From: an uncultured virus (IMG/VR IMGVR_UViG_3300017697_000015)
Taxonomy: Duplodnaviria > Heunggongvirae > Uroviricota > Caudoviricetes
Reading direction: 5' to 3' (one strand)
Length of the DNA: 64,000 nt
Virus record (IMG/VR): IMGVR_UViG_3300017697_000015
Span: 1 to 64,000 of that record
The position numbers and the translations under genes are program-made. Below, piece by piece: positions 10,251-18,956 of the stretch; within the stretch, counting starts at the first letter, position 1, and each line of letters opens with the position of its first letter. The notes under the pieces were generated by a model. That model did no database searches. It had not been told where the DNA came from and saw only the letters and a program-made list of their open reading frames with translations.

Positions 10251-11467
10251 TTTACTTGTTCCTCTAATTCGGTTGGTATACCTTGCTTTATAATAGTAGG
10301 ATTAGATTTAAAATCACTAACTACCTTCTGAACTAAATCTGATGGGTAATTTTTCTTAGCAGCAGCATATAACGATTCAAAACTGTATAGATCATCAGCA
10401 TTGTCTAACTTTAATATTTTTGCCCACTCTGCTGGATTTTTAAATGGACCCTTGATTACTTCATTAGTATTTGCTTTTGTATAACCAGTACCATTCTTCT
10501 TTTCTACTGGTCTACGAATTACACGCACCATGCCCTGTGTCGGTGAGAACATCCAGCGTTCTATTTCAAGTGGTCTACCATCTGGTGTAGTTTCATCACT
10601 TGATTTAACGTCAATTTTGTCAATCATTGCACTAACCATAAGATTACGGTGAACACCTTTGTAGTTACTACTTTTACCATCTTGGCTCATCTCTTTTGAG
10701 TGTGGAGAATGATAGTAGTGCTTCATGAAGTCTATGTCGCCCGGCATAAAGTCAATTTGTACTTTGCCAGTGCGTTGCTTTCCATCTGCTTGCTTACTAT
10801 CATCGTATCCAACAATATCGGCACTTGTAATGAATACACCTGTTTTTTGCACAAATGTAAGTCCAGGTGTTGATTGTAGTTTCTTTTGAAAATCATCTTG
10901 CTCTTCTTTAGTTAGTTGCACTGCAATATCAATGTCTCCACTAAACTCTTTTTTGCCAACACTACCTAGTGCATTTTTCATTAAAGGTATACCCAATTTC
11001 TGTTCTAGATTCCGTAGAGTTGGAGCAATTTCTGAATGATGTATAGCACCAGCGCCCGGAGCAGAGTCGCCTTCGGTGATTGATTCTACTGGAAATTCTG
11101 TGTTATGAGTCTTAAAATCTTTTTTGCGCATAACAGTCTTAGCAATCAAATCAAGTTCTTGATTATTATGATCCCATACTAATACAAATGGTAGATTTAT
11201 CTGTGTCTGTAAATCCTTCATAGTACCTTCTGCATCTGGTCCCAATCTAGCAATAGGCTTTGCCCAACGTTTTGCTTCTTGCTTGAACAAGCGAGTCAAT
11301 TCACCTTTGGTGATCTGCTTAATGTTGCGCTCGTCATTTACTCTATCTAAGAAGTGTCGTGTGAAGTTTACATCAATGCCTACTTTACCAAATACTTTGT
11401 CTGCAAAAACTTCTAACGCATCTAAGTCTGCTCTACTCAGTGAATCATCAAATTCATTTAATCTCAT
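10247..11467 (-). CDS. Two-domain protein with C-terminal Pol-beta-type nucleotidyltransferase
   Basis: 'LGSVGKKEFSGDIDIAV' (GS...DxD) and 'VQIDFM'; N-terminal 'HFLDRVNDERN' domain. Confidence 0.7.
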   Translation of the reverse strand: MRLNEFDDSLSRADLDALEVFADKVFGKVGIDVNFTRHFLDRVNDERNIKQITKGELTRLFKQEAKRWAKPIARLGPDAEGTMKDLQTQINLPFVLVWDHNNQELDLIAKTVMRKKDFKTHNTEFPVESITEGDSAPGAGAIHHSEIAPTLRNLEQKLGIPLMKNALGSVGKKEFSGDIDIAVQLTKEEQDDFQKKLQSTPGLTFVQKTGVFITSADIVGYDDSKQADGKQRTGKVQIDFMPGDIDFMKHYYHSPHSKEMSQDGKSSNYKGVHRNLMVSAMIDKIDVKSSDETTPDGRPLEIERWMFSPTQGMVRVIRRPVEKKNGTGYTKANTNEVIKGPFKNPAEWAKILKLDNADDLYSFESLYAAAKKNYPSDLVQKVVSDFKSNPTIIKQGIPTELEEQVK

Positions 11468-11470
11468 AAT

Positions 11471-11695
11471 CTATTCCTTTTCAAACGGCTTTTCGCCTGT
11501 CATTTTTGGCAACGAAAACCATAACTTAAACCATTCTGGTGTTCCTGGCTGTATATTATTATCTCGTTCAATTTTACGCTTTTCTGAACCTGTTATTGAT
11601 ATATTAGATTCATCATCACCATCTACGATATCTTTATCCTTATCGTATATGCCTGCTAATTTCTTTAATTGTTCAATTTCTTCTTCTAATGACAT
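11471..11695 (-). CDS. Small conserved phage protein
   Basis: 'IEQLKKLAGI', 'IQPGTPEWFKLWFSLP'; GAGG SD. Confidence 0.7.
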   Translation of the reverse strand: MSLEEEIEQLKKLAGIYDKDKDIVDGDDESNISITGSEKRKIERDNNIQPGTPEWFKLWFSLPKMTGEKPFEKE

Positions 11696-11725
11696 GAAAA
11701 TACCTCTATTAATTTATATTAGTAG

Positions 11726-11733
11726 TATTTATG
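11726..11733 (-). promoter_or_regulatory. T4 late-type promoter heading the MKINE cluster
   Basis: CATAAATA 31 bp upstream of the 11695 start. Confidence 0.6.
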
Positions 11734-11745
11734 CTGTTGTTTAAT

Positions 11746-12162
11746 TTAAGTTGGGTTTTTGCCTGTGCGACATAATGCCTCAAGCATCTTAAAATAATTC
11801 CAAGCGTCTTGTACAGCGGGTGTCATATGTTCTTCTAATGGGATAATATCGTGCCAATGTCCTGGCAGACTACTTATTGAATCTAGCACATGTGTGCGTT
11901 CTCGTTTTACTAATTTTCCATCATATAATAAATCATCTATCAAATTGTGAACTTCTGATTTATCGTGAAGATGTAATTTATGTCTATTATTGCCCAGCAT
12001 CAAATGTATTGGGTCAATCGTACTCTTCCAGAATATATTCCATTGATCTTCATCTCTAAAATCAATTTCAACACATGTTATTACGAGTAACACGTCATTA
12101 TATTCTACTTTTTTTTCTAATATGTCGCTCAAGCATCTAACTAAATCAAATCCAATTAGCAT
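11746..12162 (-). CDS. Hypothetical protein
   Basis: Start reassigned to MLIGFDLVRC at 12162, overlapping the stop of the upstream gene. Confidence 0.6.
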   Translation of the reverse strand: MLIGFDLVRCLSDILEKKVEYNDVLLVITCVEIDFRDEDQWNIFWKSTIDPIHLMLGNNRHKLHLHDKSEVHNLIDDLLYDGKLVKRERTHVLDSISSLPGHWHDIIPLEEHMTPAVQDAWNYFKMLEALCRTGKNPT

Positions 12163-12518
12163 ATTAAATACACGATTAATGCATATGTTGCATAATGAGA
12201 TATTTGATCGCATGTTTGTATGCACCAAAATACTGAACCATCTCTTGGTATTCCAAATGTCCATAGCAGTTTTGATTTTAAACAATCAATGTGCCAGTGT
12301 GCTACATAATCCAATACAGCAAATGCAAGTGCAAGCCATGGATTAATAAAAAATACCAATACGACTAGTGTTAGTGTCGCATGATCTAATGCATGTATGT
12401 GCAATCCTTTATTAAAATAAAGTCGCTTTGTGGTTGGTTTTCTAAGTGACTGTAATGCTAAATCTGCAACTGAATGTTTACACATTAACAAGAACAATAT
12501 TACTGCTTCTACTTCCAT
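12156..12518 (-). CDS. DUF3307-like membrane protein
   Basis: HxxAD, HxxDH, HWxID and DQxxH motifs in hydrophobic helices. Confidence 0.75.
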   Translation of the reverse strand: MEVEAVILFLLMCKHSVADLALQSLRKPTTKRLYFNKGLHIHALDHATLTLVVLVFFINPWLALAFAVLDYVAHWHIDCLKSKLLWTFGIPRDGSVFWCIQTCDQISHYATYALIVYLIC

Positions 12519-12539
12519 GTTATTTCTTCTACTTCCGTG

Positions 12540-12785
12540 TTATTTCTGCAACAACTTTATGTTTAATATGAAATTTTCAACAATCAACTTCGTAACAGTT
12601 GCAAGTAAAACTACTTCGTGATCATCTGGACTTCGCATCATATGATCTGACAACACTTGATTCGCTATGAGATTGTATGCGGAATCTTCACTTACATTTA
12701 ACTCTTCCCAATCAATAGGATCCTCAAGTTCTACTTCTCGTGCGATTTCTACTAATTGCTCTACTGTAGGTATTTTATTATTCAT
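12540..12785 (-). CDS. Hypothetical protein
   Basis: 81-aa ORF; ATGA coupling. Confidence 0.65.
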   Translation of the reverse strand: MNNKIPTVEQLVEIAREVELEDPIDWEELNVSEDSAYNLIANQVLSDHMMRSPDDHEVVLLATVTKLIVENFILNIKLLQK

Positions 12786-13126
12786 AATGATTCAAACGAA
12801 TATTTGCTCCTTTGATTTTTTCTTTTCAACTTAATAAAGAATGCCAATTCAATTCTATCAATTTGTGCTTGTGACAACCATGCGCTTATGTGGATTTTGT
12901 CTCCGTATGTATCATATTGTTTATGAACATCTATTTCGTTATTATCTGTATCACATAAATTTGCTAGGTAATTACCTAAATCAGATTCCCGATACCACTC
13001 ATATACAACAGTTTGGTTAATCCAATGTTCAATATTGTGCGGTAAGATGTTATTAGGTATCTTTTTTTGTAAATCCCAAGAATCAATTGTTATAGTGTGC
13101 ACGTGCATATTTAATAATTCTATCAT
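12782..13126 (-). CDS. Hypothetical protein
   Basis: Start placed at ATG 7 nt after a sigma70 -10 box. Confidence 0.55.
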   Translation of the reverse strand: MIELLNMHVHTITIDSWDLQKKIPNNILPHNIEHWINQTVVYEWYRESDLGNYLANLCDTDNNEIDVHKQYDTYGDKIHISAWLSQAQIDRIELAFFIKLKRKNQRSKYSFESL

Positions 13127-13133
13127 AACCAAT

Positions 13134-13162
13134 ATGATAACATAATCATACACTTATGTCAA
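13134..13162 (-). promoter_or_regulatory. Sigma70-type promoter
   Basis: TTGACA-17-TATCAT. Confidence 0.6.
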
Positions 13163-13729
13163 TTAAACAATTCCTCTTTTTGACAACCATTCTAATATTT
13201 CATTGTCATCAAAATCTGGCGATCTACGATGAGTTTCTGTAAGACTATCCCAATCTCGTAATGCTGGATGAGTTTTATCTGCCGAATTAAAGTAAGACCC
13301 ATGTCTCCAACCTTCAGATACTTTCTCACTAACCCATCTATTGTGATGCCATTTCTTCATATCAAACAATGCTTGATTTTTTACATCTTCATCAATGTGG
13401 ATTGAATTCTCAAAATTTCCCATTGCTGCTACATCATATTGACTAGATAATTCAATATCGAAGTCATCATCAAAATGATACTCCCATACATTAACAATAA
13501 ACAATGCCTCATCTGCGGTAATATCACGTGTTAACGGGATAACATATGTATGAGTCATATCGCAATCTGCGCAATGACCATATTCCATACCTATGTGGTC
13601 TTCACCTAATTGATACTTTAATACTGTTTCAACTGGTGAAAATTCTTTAACTGCACTGTACCAAGTTAATGCTTGCTCTTGCGTTAATGGCTCTGCTGTT
13701 TTTAATTGAATGTGATGTTGATAATACAT
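13163..13729 (-). CDS. RyR (ryanodine receptor Ryr) domain protein
   Basis: C-terminal 'HNRWVSEKVSEGWRHG...KTHPALRDWDSL'. Confidence 0.8.
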   Translation of the reverse strand: MYYQHHIQLKTAEPLTQEQALTWYSAVKEFSPVETVLKYQLGEDHIGMEYGHCADCDMTHTYVIPLTRDITADEALFIVNVWEYHFDDDFDIELSSQYDVAAMGNFENSIHIDEDVKNQALFDMKKWHHNRWVSEKVSEGWRHGSYFNSADKTHPALRDWDSLTETHRRSPDFDDNEILEWLSKRGIV

Positions 13730-13734
13730 AATAT

Positions 13735-14064
13735 CTATCCTATTTGTTCGTCTGATGAATAACGTGATACTGAACGAGGCGATGACTTCGTGGTCGCAAC
13801 CTGTACTGGTGTTGTTGTATGGTTGCTACCAGAGTTTACATATAGACCAAACCATGCTGCGCCTGCGCCTACTATAACTGATACCAATCCTGCTTGTGCC
13901 ATATTAGGCTCTTCTAATAACATAAACCACTGTGATACATCATATAGCAAATAAATGTAAACAGTTATGAATGCTCTTGGAAATAATCTTAATTTATCAA
14001 ACCAATATGGAAATGCTTCTAGCATACTTATTTTTCCATCTTCATTTAAATCTGTATCTGACAT
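13735..14064 (-). CDS. Two-TM membrane protein with N-terminal EF-hand-like loop
   Basis: 'DLNEDGKISMLE' then two hydrophobic helices; GGAG SD before ATG 14064. Confidence 0.65.
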   Translation of the reverse strand: MSDTDLNEDGKISMLEAFPYWFDKLRLFPRAFITVYIYLLYDVSQWFMLLEEPNMAQAGLVSVIVGAGAAWFGLYVNSGSNHTTTPVQVATTKSSPRSVSRYSSDEQIG

Positions 14065-14077
14065 ATTTACTTTCTCC

Positions 14078-14106
14078 ATTATATGATAGTATTTATACAA
14101 AGTCAA
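14078..14106 (-). promoter_or_regulatory. Overlapping sigma70 and late promoters
   Basis: TTGACT-17-TATAAT with TATAAATA (14090-14097) in the spacer. Confidence 0.65.
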
Positions 14107-14111
14107 GCCGT

Positions 14112-14150
14112 AAAAAAACCAAGCATGCAGGAAAACATACTCGGTTTTTT
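14112..14150 (-). terminator. Rho-independent terminator
   Basis: ACCGAGTATG...CATGCTTGGT stem (with G-U pairs) followed by a T run. Confidence 0.7.
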
Positions 14151-14180
14151 AATTACATTAACTTACGTTAAATGTTAAAC

Positions 14181-14486
14181 TTATGCTACTGTCATTGCAC
14201 CTGCGATTGTTAGTGCTAATGCCTGTAGTGCTGTTTGCATAGCGGCTGCATCAGCCCATGCGCTTCCTTCAACTGATACGGTGAATACCGTTCCACCTAC
14301 GCTGTGATCAGAAAGACCAATAATTGTACCACGCATTGCGATACTCTCTAAAATTGCTTCCATTTCTTCGCCTGGATTAACTTCTGCTGAAACATCTGCT
14401 GCTGCTGTGATTGTATAATCTGTGATTGTTGGTCCGTAGTTGAATTTACCGAATTCAATTACGTTTGCTGGGTTACGTGTTGCCAT
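14181..14486 (-). CDS. Small putative virion structural protein
   Basis: 101 aa, Ala/Thr-rich; own late promoter, AAGGAG SD and downstream terminator. Confidence 0.6.
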   Translation of the reverse strand: MATRNPANVIEFGKFNYGPTITDYTITAAADVSAEVNPGEEMEAILESIAMRGTIIGLSDHSVGGTVFTVSVEGSAWADAAAMQTALQALALTIAGAMTVA

Positions 14487-14532
14487 TTTTATGACTCCTT
14501 AATTTGTTATTTGTGTGCTTATGCACTAATTG

Positions 14533-14540
14533 TATTTATC
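14533..14540 (-). promoter_or_regulatory. Late-type promoter
   Basis: GATAAATA. Confidence 0.6.
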
Positions 14541-14554
14541 TTTTATACTAAATT

Positions 14555-15034
14555 TTAGTATGCAAAATCTGCTACTGTCCAAGCCGATCCAGCCCAGCCA
14601 GCGTTTAATTCTGCTGCTAGTGAAACTGCTGTCCATGTACCATTGTTTTCAACTGCTACACGAAGATCAGGAGTAGCGACTGCACCCATAACAACAAGTG
14701 TTGCACGTCCTTCTACAATGTGAACTGCACGCTTTACTGCTGCTTTGTGTTCGTTAAGAGCAGTTAGTGTAACTGCTTCTGCTGCAACTGCTGCTGCTTC
14801 TGCAATTACTGCATTATCATATGCTGTTTCTAAACCAGCGTTGCCTGGATCTGCATCCCATGCTGCTTTCGCTGCGATAGTTGCTGCCTTTGCTGCTGCT
14901 GTATCTACTACATCTTGAGCATATGCGCCCGCTGCTGCTTCGTCCATGTCTGCACATGTTGTTGTAAAGTGAGCAAGTGAACCTGTTAGGAACTGGCTAT
15001 CTACTTCGTATACGTCATTTACTTTAGTTGTCAT
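14555..15034 (-). CDS. Putative virion structural protein
   Basis: 159 aa, Ala-rich; late promoter and AAGGAG SD. Confidence 0.6.
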   Translation of the reverse strand: MTTKVNDVYEVDSQFLTGSLAHFTTTCADMDEAAAGAYAQDVVDTAAAKAATIAAKAAWDADPGNAGLETAYDNAVIAEAAAVAAEAVTLTALNEHKAAVKRAVHIVEGRATLVVMGAVATPDLRVAVENNGTWTAVSLAAELNAGWAGSAWTVADFAY

Positions 15035-15079
15035 AATTTGACTCCTTTAATTTTAATTTGTGTGCTTTTGCACTATTTG

Positions 15080-15087
15080 TATTTATC
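15080..15087 (-). promoter_or_regulatory. Late-type promoter
   Basis: GATAAATA. Confidence 0.6.
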
Positions 15088-15103
15088 TTTTATTGTAAAA
15101 TAA

Positions 15104-17467
15104 TTAACGTGTGACCTCTATCAGTTCTAAAAATACAACCCAATCAGTTGATGTTGCTGCTGGACCTTGTACTGATACTTTGATTCTATCATTTGCTACA
15201 TCTACTGATACAAATCCTGTACATCCTGAATCACTATCCTGTGTTACTTCATAACTGTTATTTCCAATGGCGACCATAGTTCCTGACATCTTGTGAACAA
15301 TACCAGTTACTTTAAAACTATCATGTGCTGTACCACTAGTAGCAACATAAGTAGCAGAAAACTTAGCAGTAGTATTATCTGCTAATGTAACGTAAGTGCT
15401 ATCACTAAATGATACCTCTGTTTCCACTGCATCAGTAGTCTCTATTGCAAACACTAAGTCACGTCTTTGTGCTGTTGTTGACACACCAGATACTACTTGC
15501 TTAATATCTGCTCTAAACTCAATATTATTAGTGAAATTTCTATCACCAATAACATCTGGCTCTGCATGTTTATTGTTAACATAACTCTCTGTTGCTAATC
15601 CCGCAACACTTGGTATATAAGGCTTATTAGCCAAATCTAAATAATTACCACTGAACAATACTGGTGCGTTAGATAAATCGCTGTAACTACCACTGAAGAC
15701 TGTTGGACTATTTACTAACGTGCTGTAATCTAATGCAAGTGTAGATAAGTCAATTTCATTTCCATTATTTAATGAAAGTACGTTCTGTGTTAATATAAAC
15801 GATAAGTTTGGTAAACTACTTGCTGGTATATTGGATAAGTCGTTATAATTTCCACTAAACAAGGTAGGTCGGTTAACAAGATCGTTGTAGTCAGCACTAA
15901 AGTGATCGCCACGTTCTACTAATTTTTGTGTTACCCAAGATTCACTTGCATAGCCTTCTAAGTCGATTACACCATCTGTTTGCAGTCCTACTAATTGTGC
16001 CGTAACATAATCTTTACTTGCCCAACTAACGTCTAAGTCTATATTTTCCCACATCGAACTTAATGCGTTATACATAAGTATATGGTTGGTTGATACACCA
16101 GATATTGCAACATCATTTAAATCAGATGTTGAACTGAGAGTTCCAAAATCAGCAACACTTATCGCATTTGTTACATACGCTTCTGATGCCAATCCTGTGA
16201 TACTTGGTATTGTTGGTGTATTAATTAAGTCGTTATAATTAGTTGTTCCACCACCGCCACCACTACCTAACAGACTTGTGGTGTCAGTTAAGTCACTTAC
16301 ATCTGTTGGTATTGTGGGCTTGTTAGTTAAGTTGTTGTAATTAGTTGTTCCACCACTACCTAACAGGCTTGTGGTGTCAGTTAAGTCACTTACGTCTGTT
16401 GGCAGTGATGCAATCGTTGCTAATCCTGCGATACTTGGAATAATTGGTTGATTAGTCAAGTCGGTATAACTACCACTAAAGATGGTAGGTGTATTAATCA
16501 AATCTGCAAATTCACCACTGAACAATGTGGGTGTATTAGTTAAATCTGCATAGTCACCGCTAAACAATGAAGTTGTTAATGCATAAACACTTAAATCAGT
16601 TATAGGCTGATAAGAAGCCAATGTATTCGTAAGATAACCAGTTGTAACTAAATCTACTGGTTTGTTAGTTAAATCATCATAACTACCACTGAATAACGCA
16701 GTAGTTAATGTATATGCAGCCAAAGAAGTCGCTAATGAAGATGTGGTTATGAATTCACTAAGATTACCAGCACTGACATTTGCAATTTGCTGATCAACGT
16801 ATGTAATGGTTGAATATTCAGTTAGATCGGTTACTAATAATGAATCGGTGTCTGTTAAATCATTTATATCAGTTGGCAAACTGCTTATCAATGCATGTGC
16901 TGATAAATCAGTTGCTGGATGTACAACTGCTGCTATTTGTTGATCTACGTATGCAATACTTGCTAATCCATCGATACTTGGAATGATTGGTTGACTCGTC
17001 AAATCAGCATAATCGCCACTGAATAAACTTGGTTTATTAATCAAATCAGTATAATCACCACTAAATACGTCAACTGCTGCTATTTGTTGATCTACGTATA
17101 CGCTGGTTGCATATGGTGTTAGTGATGGAGTGTTTAGTATGTTTGCATAATCTACTAGAGGAGGTACATATGCAGTGAATAATGCTTCTACTTCTACTGT
17201 TTTTATGTATGCTGCTAGATCAATAACACCACCCACAGATGCTACCGCATTGGCATCAATCGCTGCATTAACTTCCGCTAGTGAAAGAAAACCAAGGTCA
17301 TTGTTAAAACTACCAAGTGTTAATGCCGAGGTCGTTGATGGTACGTACATGTTCTTTAATGAATCATATACTAACATGTCACCAGTAGTTACAGGCATCG
17401 TAGTATCTACGATACCTTGCTGTGAACCATCAAGGGTCGCACGAGGTCTTACTGCGTTAATTGCCAT
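15104..17467 (-). CDS. Fibre-like structural protein with internal repeats
   Basis: 787 aa; many 'FSGxYxDLxNxP' and 'YAxxxYVD' repeats. Confidence 0.7.
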   Translation of the reverse strand: MAINAVRPRATLDGSQQGIVDTTMPVTTGDMLVYDSLKNMYVPSTTSALTLGSFNNDLGFLSLAEVNAAIDANAVASVGGVIDLAAYIKTVEVEALFTAYVPPLVDYANILNTPSLTPYATSVYVDQQIAAVDVFSGDYTDLINKPSLFSGDYADLTSQPIIPSIDGLASIAYVDQQIAAVVHPATDLSAHALISSLPTDINDLTDTDSLLVTDLTEYSTITYVDQQIANVSAGNLSEFITTSSLATSLAAYTLTTALFSGSYDDLTNKPVDLVTTGYLTNTLASYQPITDLSVYALTTSLFSGDYADLTNTPTLFSGEFADLINTPTIFSGSYTDLTNQPIIPSIAGLATIASLPTDVSDLTDTTSLLGSGGTTNYNNLTNKPTIPTDVSDLTDTTSLLGSGGGGGTTNYNDLINTPTIPSITGLASEAYVTNAISVADFGTLSSTSDLNDVAISGVSTNHILMYNALSSMWENIDLDVSWASKDYVTAQLVGLQTDGVIDLEGYASESWVTQKLVERGDHFSADYNDLVNRPTLFSGNYNDLSNIPASSLPNLSFILTQNVLSLNNGNEIDLSTLALDYSTLVNSPTVFSGSYSDLSNAPVLFSGNYLDLANKPYIPSVAGLATESYVNNKHAEPDVIGDRNFTNNIEFRADIKQVVSGVSTTAQRRDLVFAIETTDAVETEVSFSDSTYVTLADNTTAKFSATYVATSGTAHDSFKVTGIVHKMSGTMVAIGNNSYEVTQDSDSGCTGFVSVDVANDRIKVSVQGPAATSTDWVVFLELIEVTR
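16236..16402. repeat. Tandem intragenic duplication
   Basis: Two near-identical copies encoding PTDVSDLTDTTSLLGS(G)nTTNYN; Gly linker 2 vs 5. Confidence 0.85.
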
Positions 17468-17478
17468 TGTTTAGTTCC

Positions 17479-17850
17479 TTAAATCATTAGTACTATTTTG
17501 TTTACCACGCCGTGCGTTGATGCATCATATGTTTGATCAACCAAGTACGATCTGTCTATTCTTGCACGAACATATACAAAATTACCAGTGAATGTTGCTC
17601 CGTATGTTGTTGATTGTGCATCGTATGGTAAATATGCAGTACCGCTTGATAATGCAATATTAAACCAATCTGCTTCTGTTGGTGACTCAAGTAATGTTGC
17701 TTCTAACCAAATACGACCAGTGAAATTATTTACATGAAAACTAACAGTATGTAGACCGTCGCTGTATCCATAAAATCCATCACCTCTGGCTTTTTCACCT
17801 GTGTATGACATTTCTGCTTTGTTTGTTAAAATTACTGTTGAACTAGCCAT
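17479..17850 (-). CDS. Putative structural beta-sandwich protein
   Basis: 123 aa; 'FTGRIWLEATL...DWF' resembles the C-terminus of 54281..55102. Confidence 0.55.
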   Translation of the reverse strand: MASSTVILTNKAEMSYTGEKARGDGFYGYSDGLHTVSFHVNNFTGRIWLEATLLESPTEADWFNIALSSGTAYLPYDAQSTTYGATFTGNFVYVRARIDRSYLVDQTYDASTHGVVNKIVLMI

Positions 17851-17854
17851 TTTA

Positions 17855-18028
17855 TTATTGTCCGTCTAATGTTTCAATTTCAATCAACACGCCAGTGCCA
17901 GTCAATTCTTCAATTACTGCTGTAAGTTGAGCGAGTGAATCACTATCTAATACGTCTATTGATTCGTCACCATCTTTTAGCAATTTGCTTGCCTTAATCA
18001 CGATGACCGTTTCTGCTATCTTAGCCAT
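17855..18028 (-). CDS. Small hypothetical protein (57 aa, not in ORF track)
   Basis: MAKIAETVIVIKASKLLKDG...IEIETLDGQ; AGGAG SD; late promoter at 18053-18060. Confidence 0.75.
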   Translation of the reverse strand: MAKIAETVIVIKASKLLKDGDESIDVLDSDSLAQLTAVIEELTGTGVLIEIETLDGQ

Positions 18029-18052
18029 AAGATACTCCTATTAATATAATAG

Positions 18053-18060
18053 TATTTATC
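18053..18060 (-). promoter_or_regulatory. Late-type promoter
   Basis: GATAAATA. Confidence 0.6.
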
Positions 18061-18089
18061 ATTATAGGAACTATGTTAACTATGATGTA

Positions 18090-18947
18090 TTAAGGAGTTG
18101 CCATTGAGAATGTAGTTGGTAGGAATTGTATCCATGATGTTCCGTCATAACCTTCAAACAGTTTCGTTTCTGTATTGAAAAACATCTGTCCTTCAACTGG
18201 ATTGGCTGGATGCTGTGCTGCTGTACCTTTTGGTAACACAAACGAGTCATTAACTTGCAATTCATCTATTGATGCTACTGTTACTGCTATTTGCGAATCA
18301 TTATTGCCAGTACCAACTGTAAGCACTGGATCATTTGCTAGTGTATCACCGATATCACCATATAGTGATCCTGTTAGATGAACGTTATGTCCTGATAGTG
18401 TAGTTGCTCCAGAAGTGTTAAGTATTGTTGCACCGCCACTACTTGCAGGTGCTTTTATTTTTTCAATATGTGCATCATGGATTGTTAATGTGTCTCTTAC
18501 TGGACCAGTAGTAATAATTGGCGTATTTTGGGTAGGTGAAAGTACATCGCCATATAAGCTGCCTGCTACATTACCTGTTAATGTGTAAATACCTCCGGAG
18601 GCGTTTACTACCATTGCACCAGTAGTTGGATTTAAAATGTTACCTTTAATATTACCAACAAATGAATCTGCTGTAATCGTTGCTACTGTAATATTGCCTT
18701 TTACTATACTTGTATCTAATGGACTGATATCATTAATAGATTGTGAACTTAAATTAATTGAGTTAATTAGAATGAACGAATCTGTTTCTGAATCTTTAAC
18801 AAGACCAGAGTAAGATGACGGACCAATTCTTCCTAAGAATCCCACATCTACTGGAGTTGTACCTGATTTATTTAATATAAGCAACGCATCATCAAATGCT
18901 GCGTCTACACTTATTAAGTTTGTTGCTTGAATACCTCTATATGCCAT
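18090..18947 (-). CDS. Tail fibre/structural protein
   Basis: C-terminal 'LPKGTAAQHP...GQMFFNTETKLFEGYDGTSW' module typical of phage fibres. Confidence 0.65.
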   Translation of the reverse strand: MAYRGIQATNLISVDAAFDDALLILNKSGTTPVDVGFLGRIGPSSYSGLVKDSETDSFILINSINLSSQSINDISPLDTSIVKGNITVATITADSFVGNIKGNILNPTTGAMVVNASGGIYTLTGNVAGSLYGDVLSPTQNTPIITTGPVRDTLTIHDAHIEKIKAPASSGGATILNTSGATTLSGHNVHLTGSLYGDIGDTLANDPVLTVGTGNNDSQIAVTVASIDELQVNDSFVLPKGTAAQHPANPVEGQMFFNTETKLFEGYDGTSWIQFLPTTFSMATP

Positions 18948-18956
18948 TGGGTTTAT

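Noticed and set aside
16236..17100. Regularly spaced DNA repeats that could suggest a CRISPR array
   Set aside because: The repeats are degenerate, in-frame and encode protein repeats of the fibre gene; there is no constant repeat/unique spacer pattern and no cas genes
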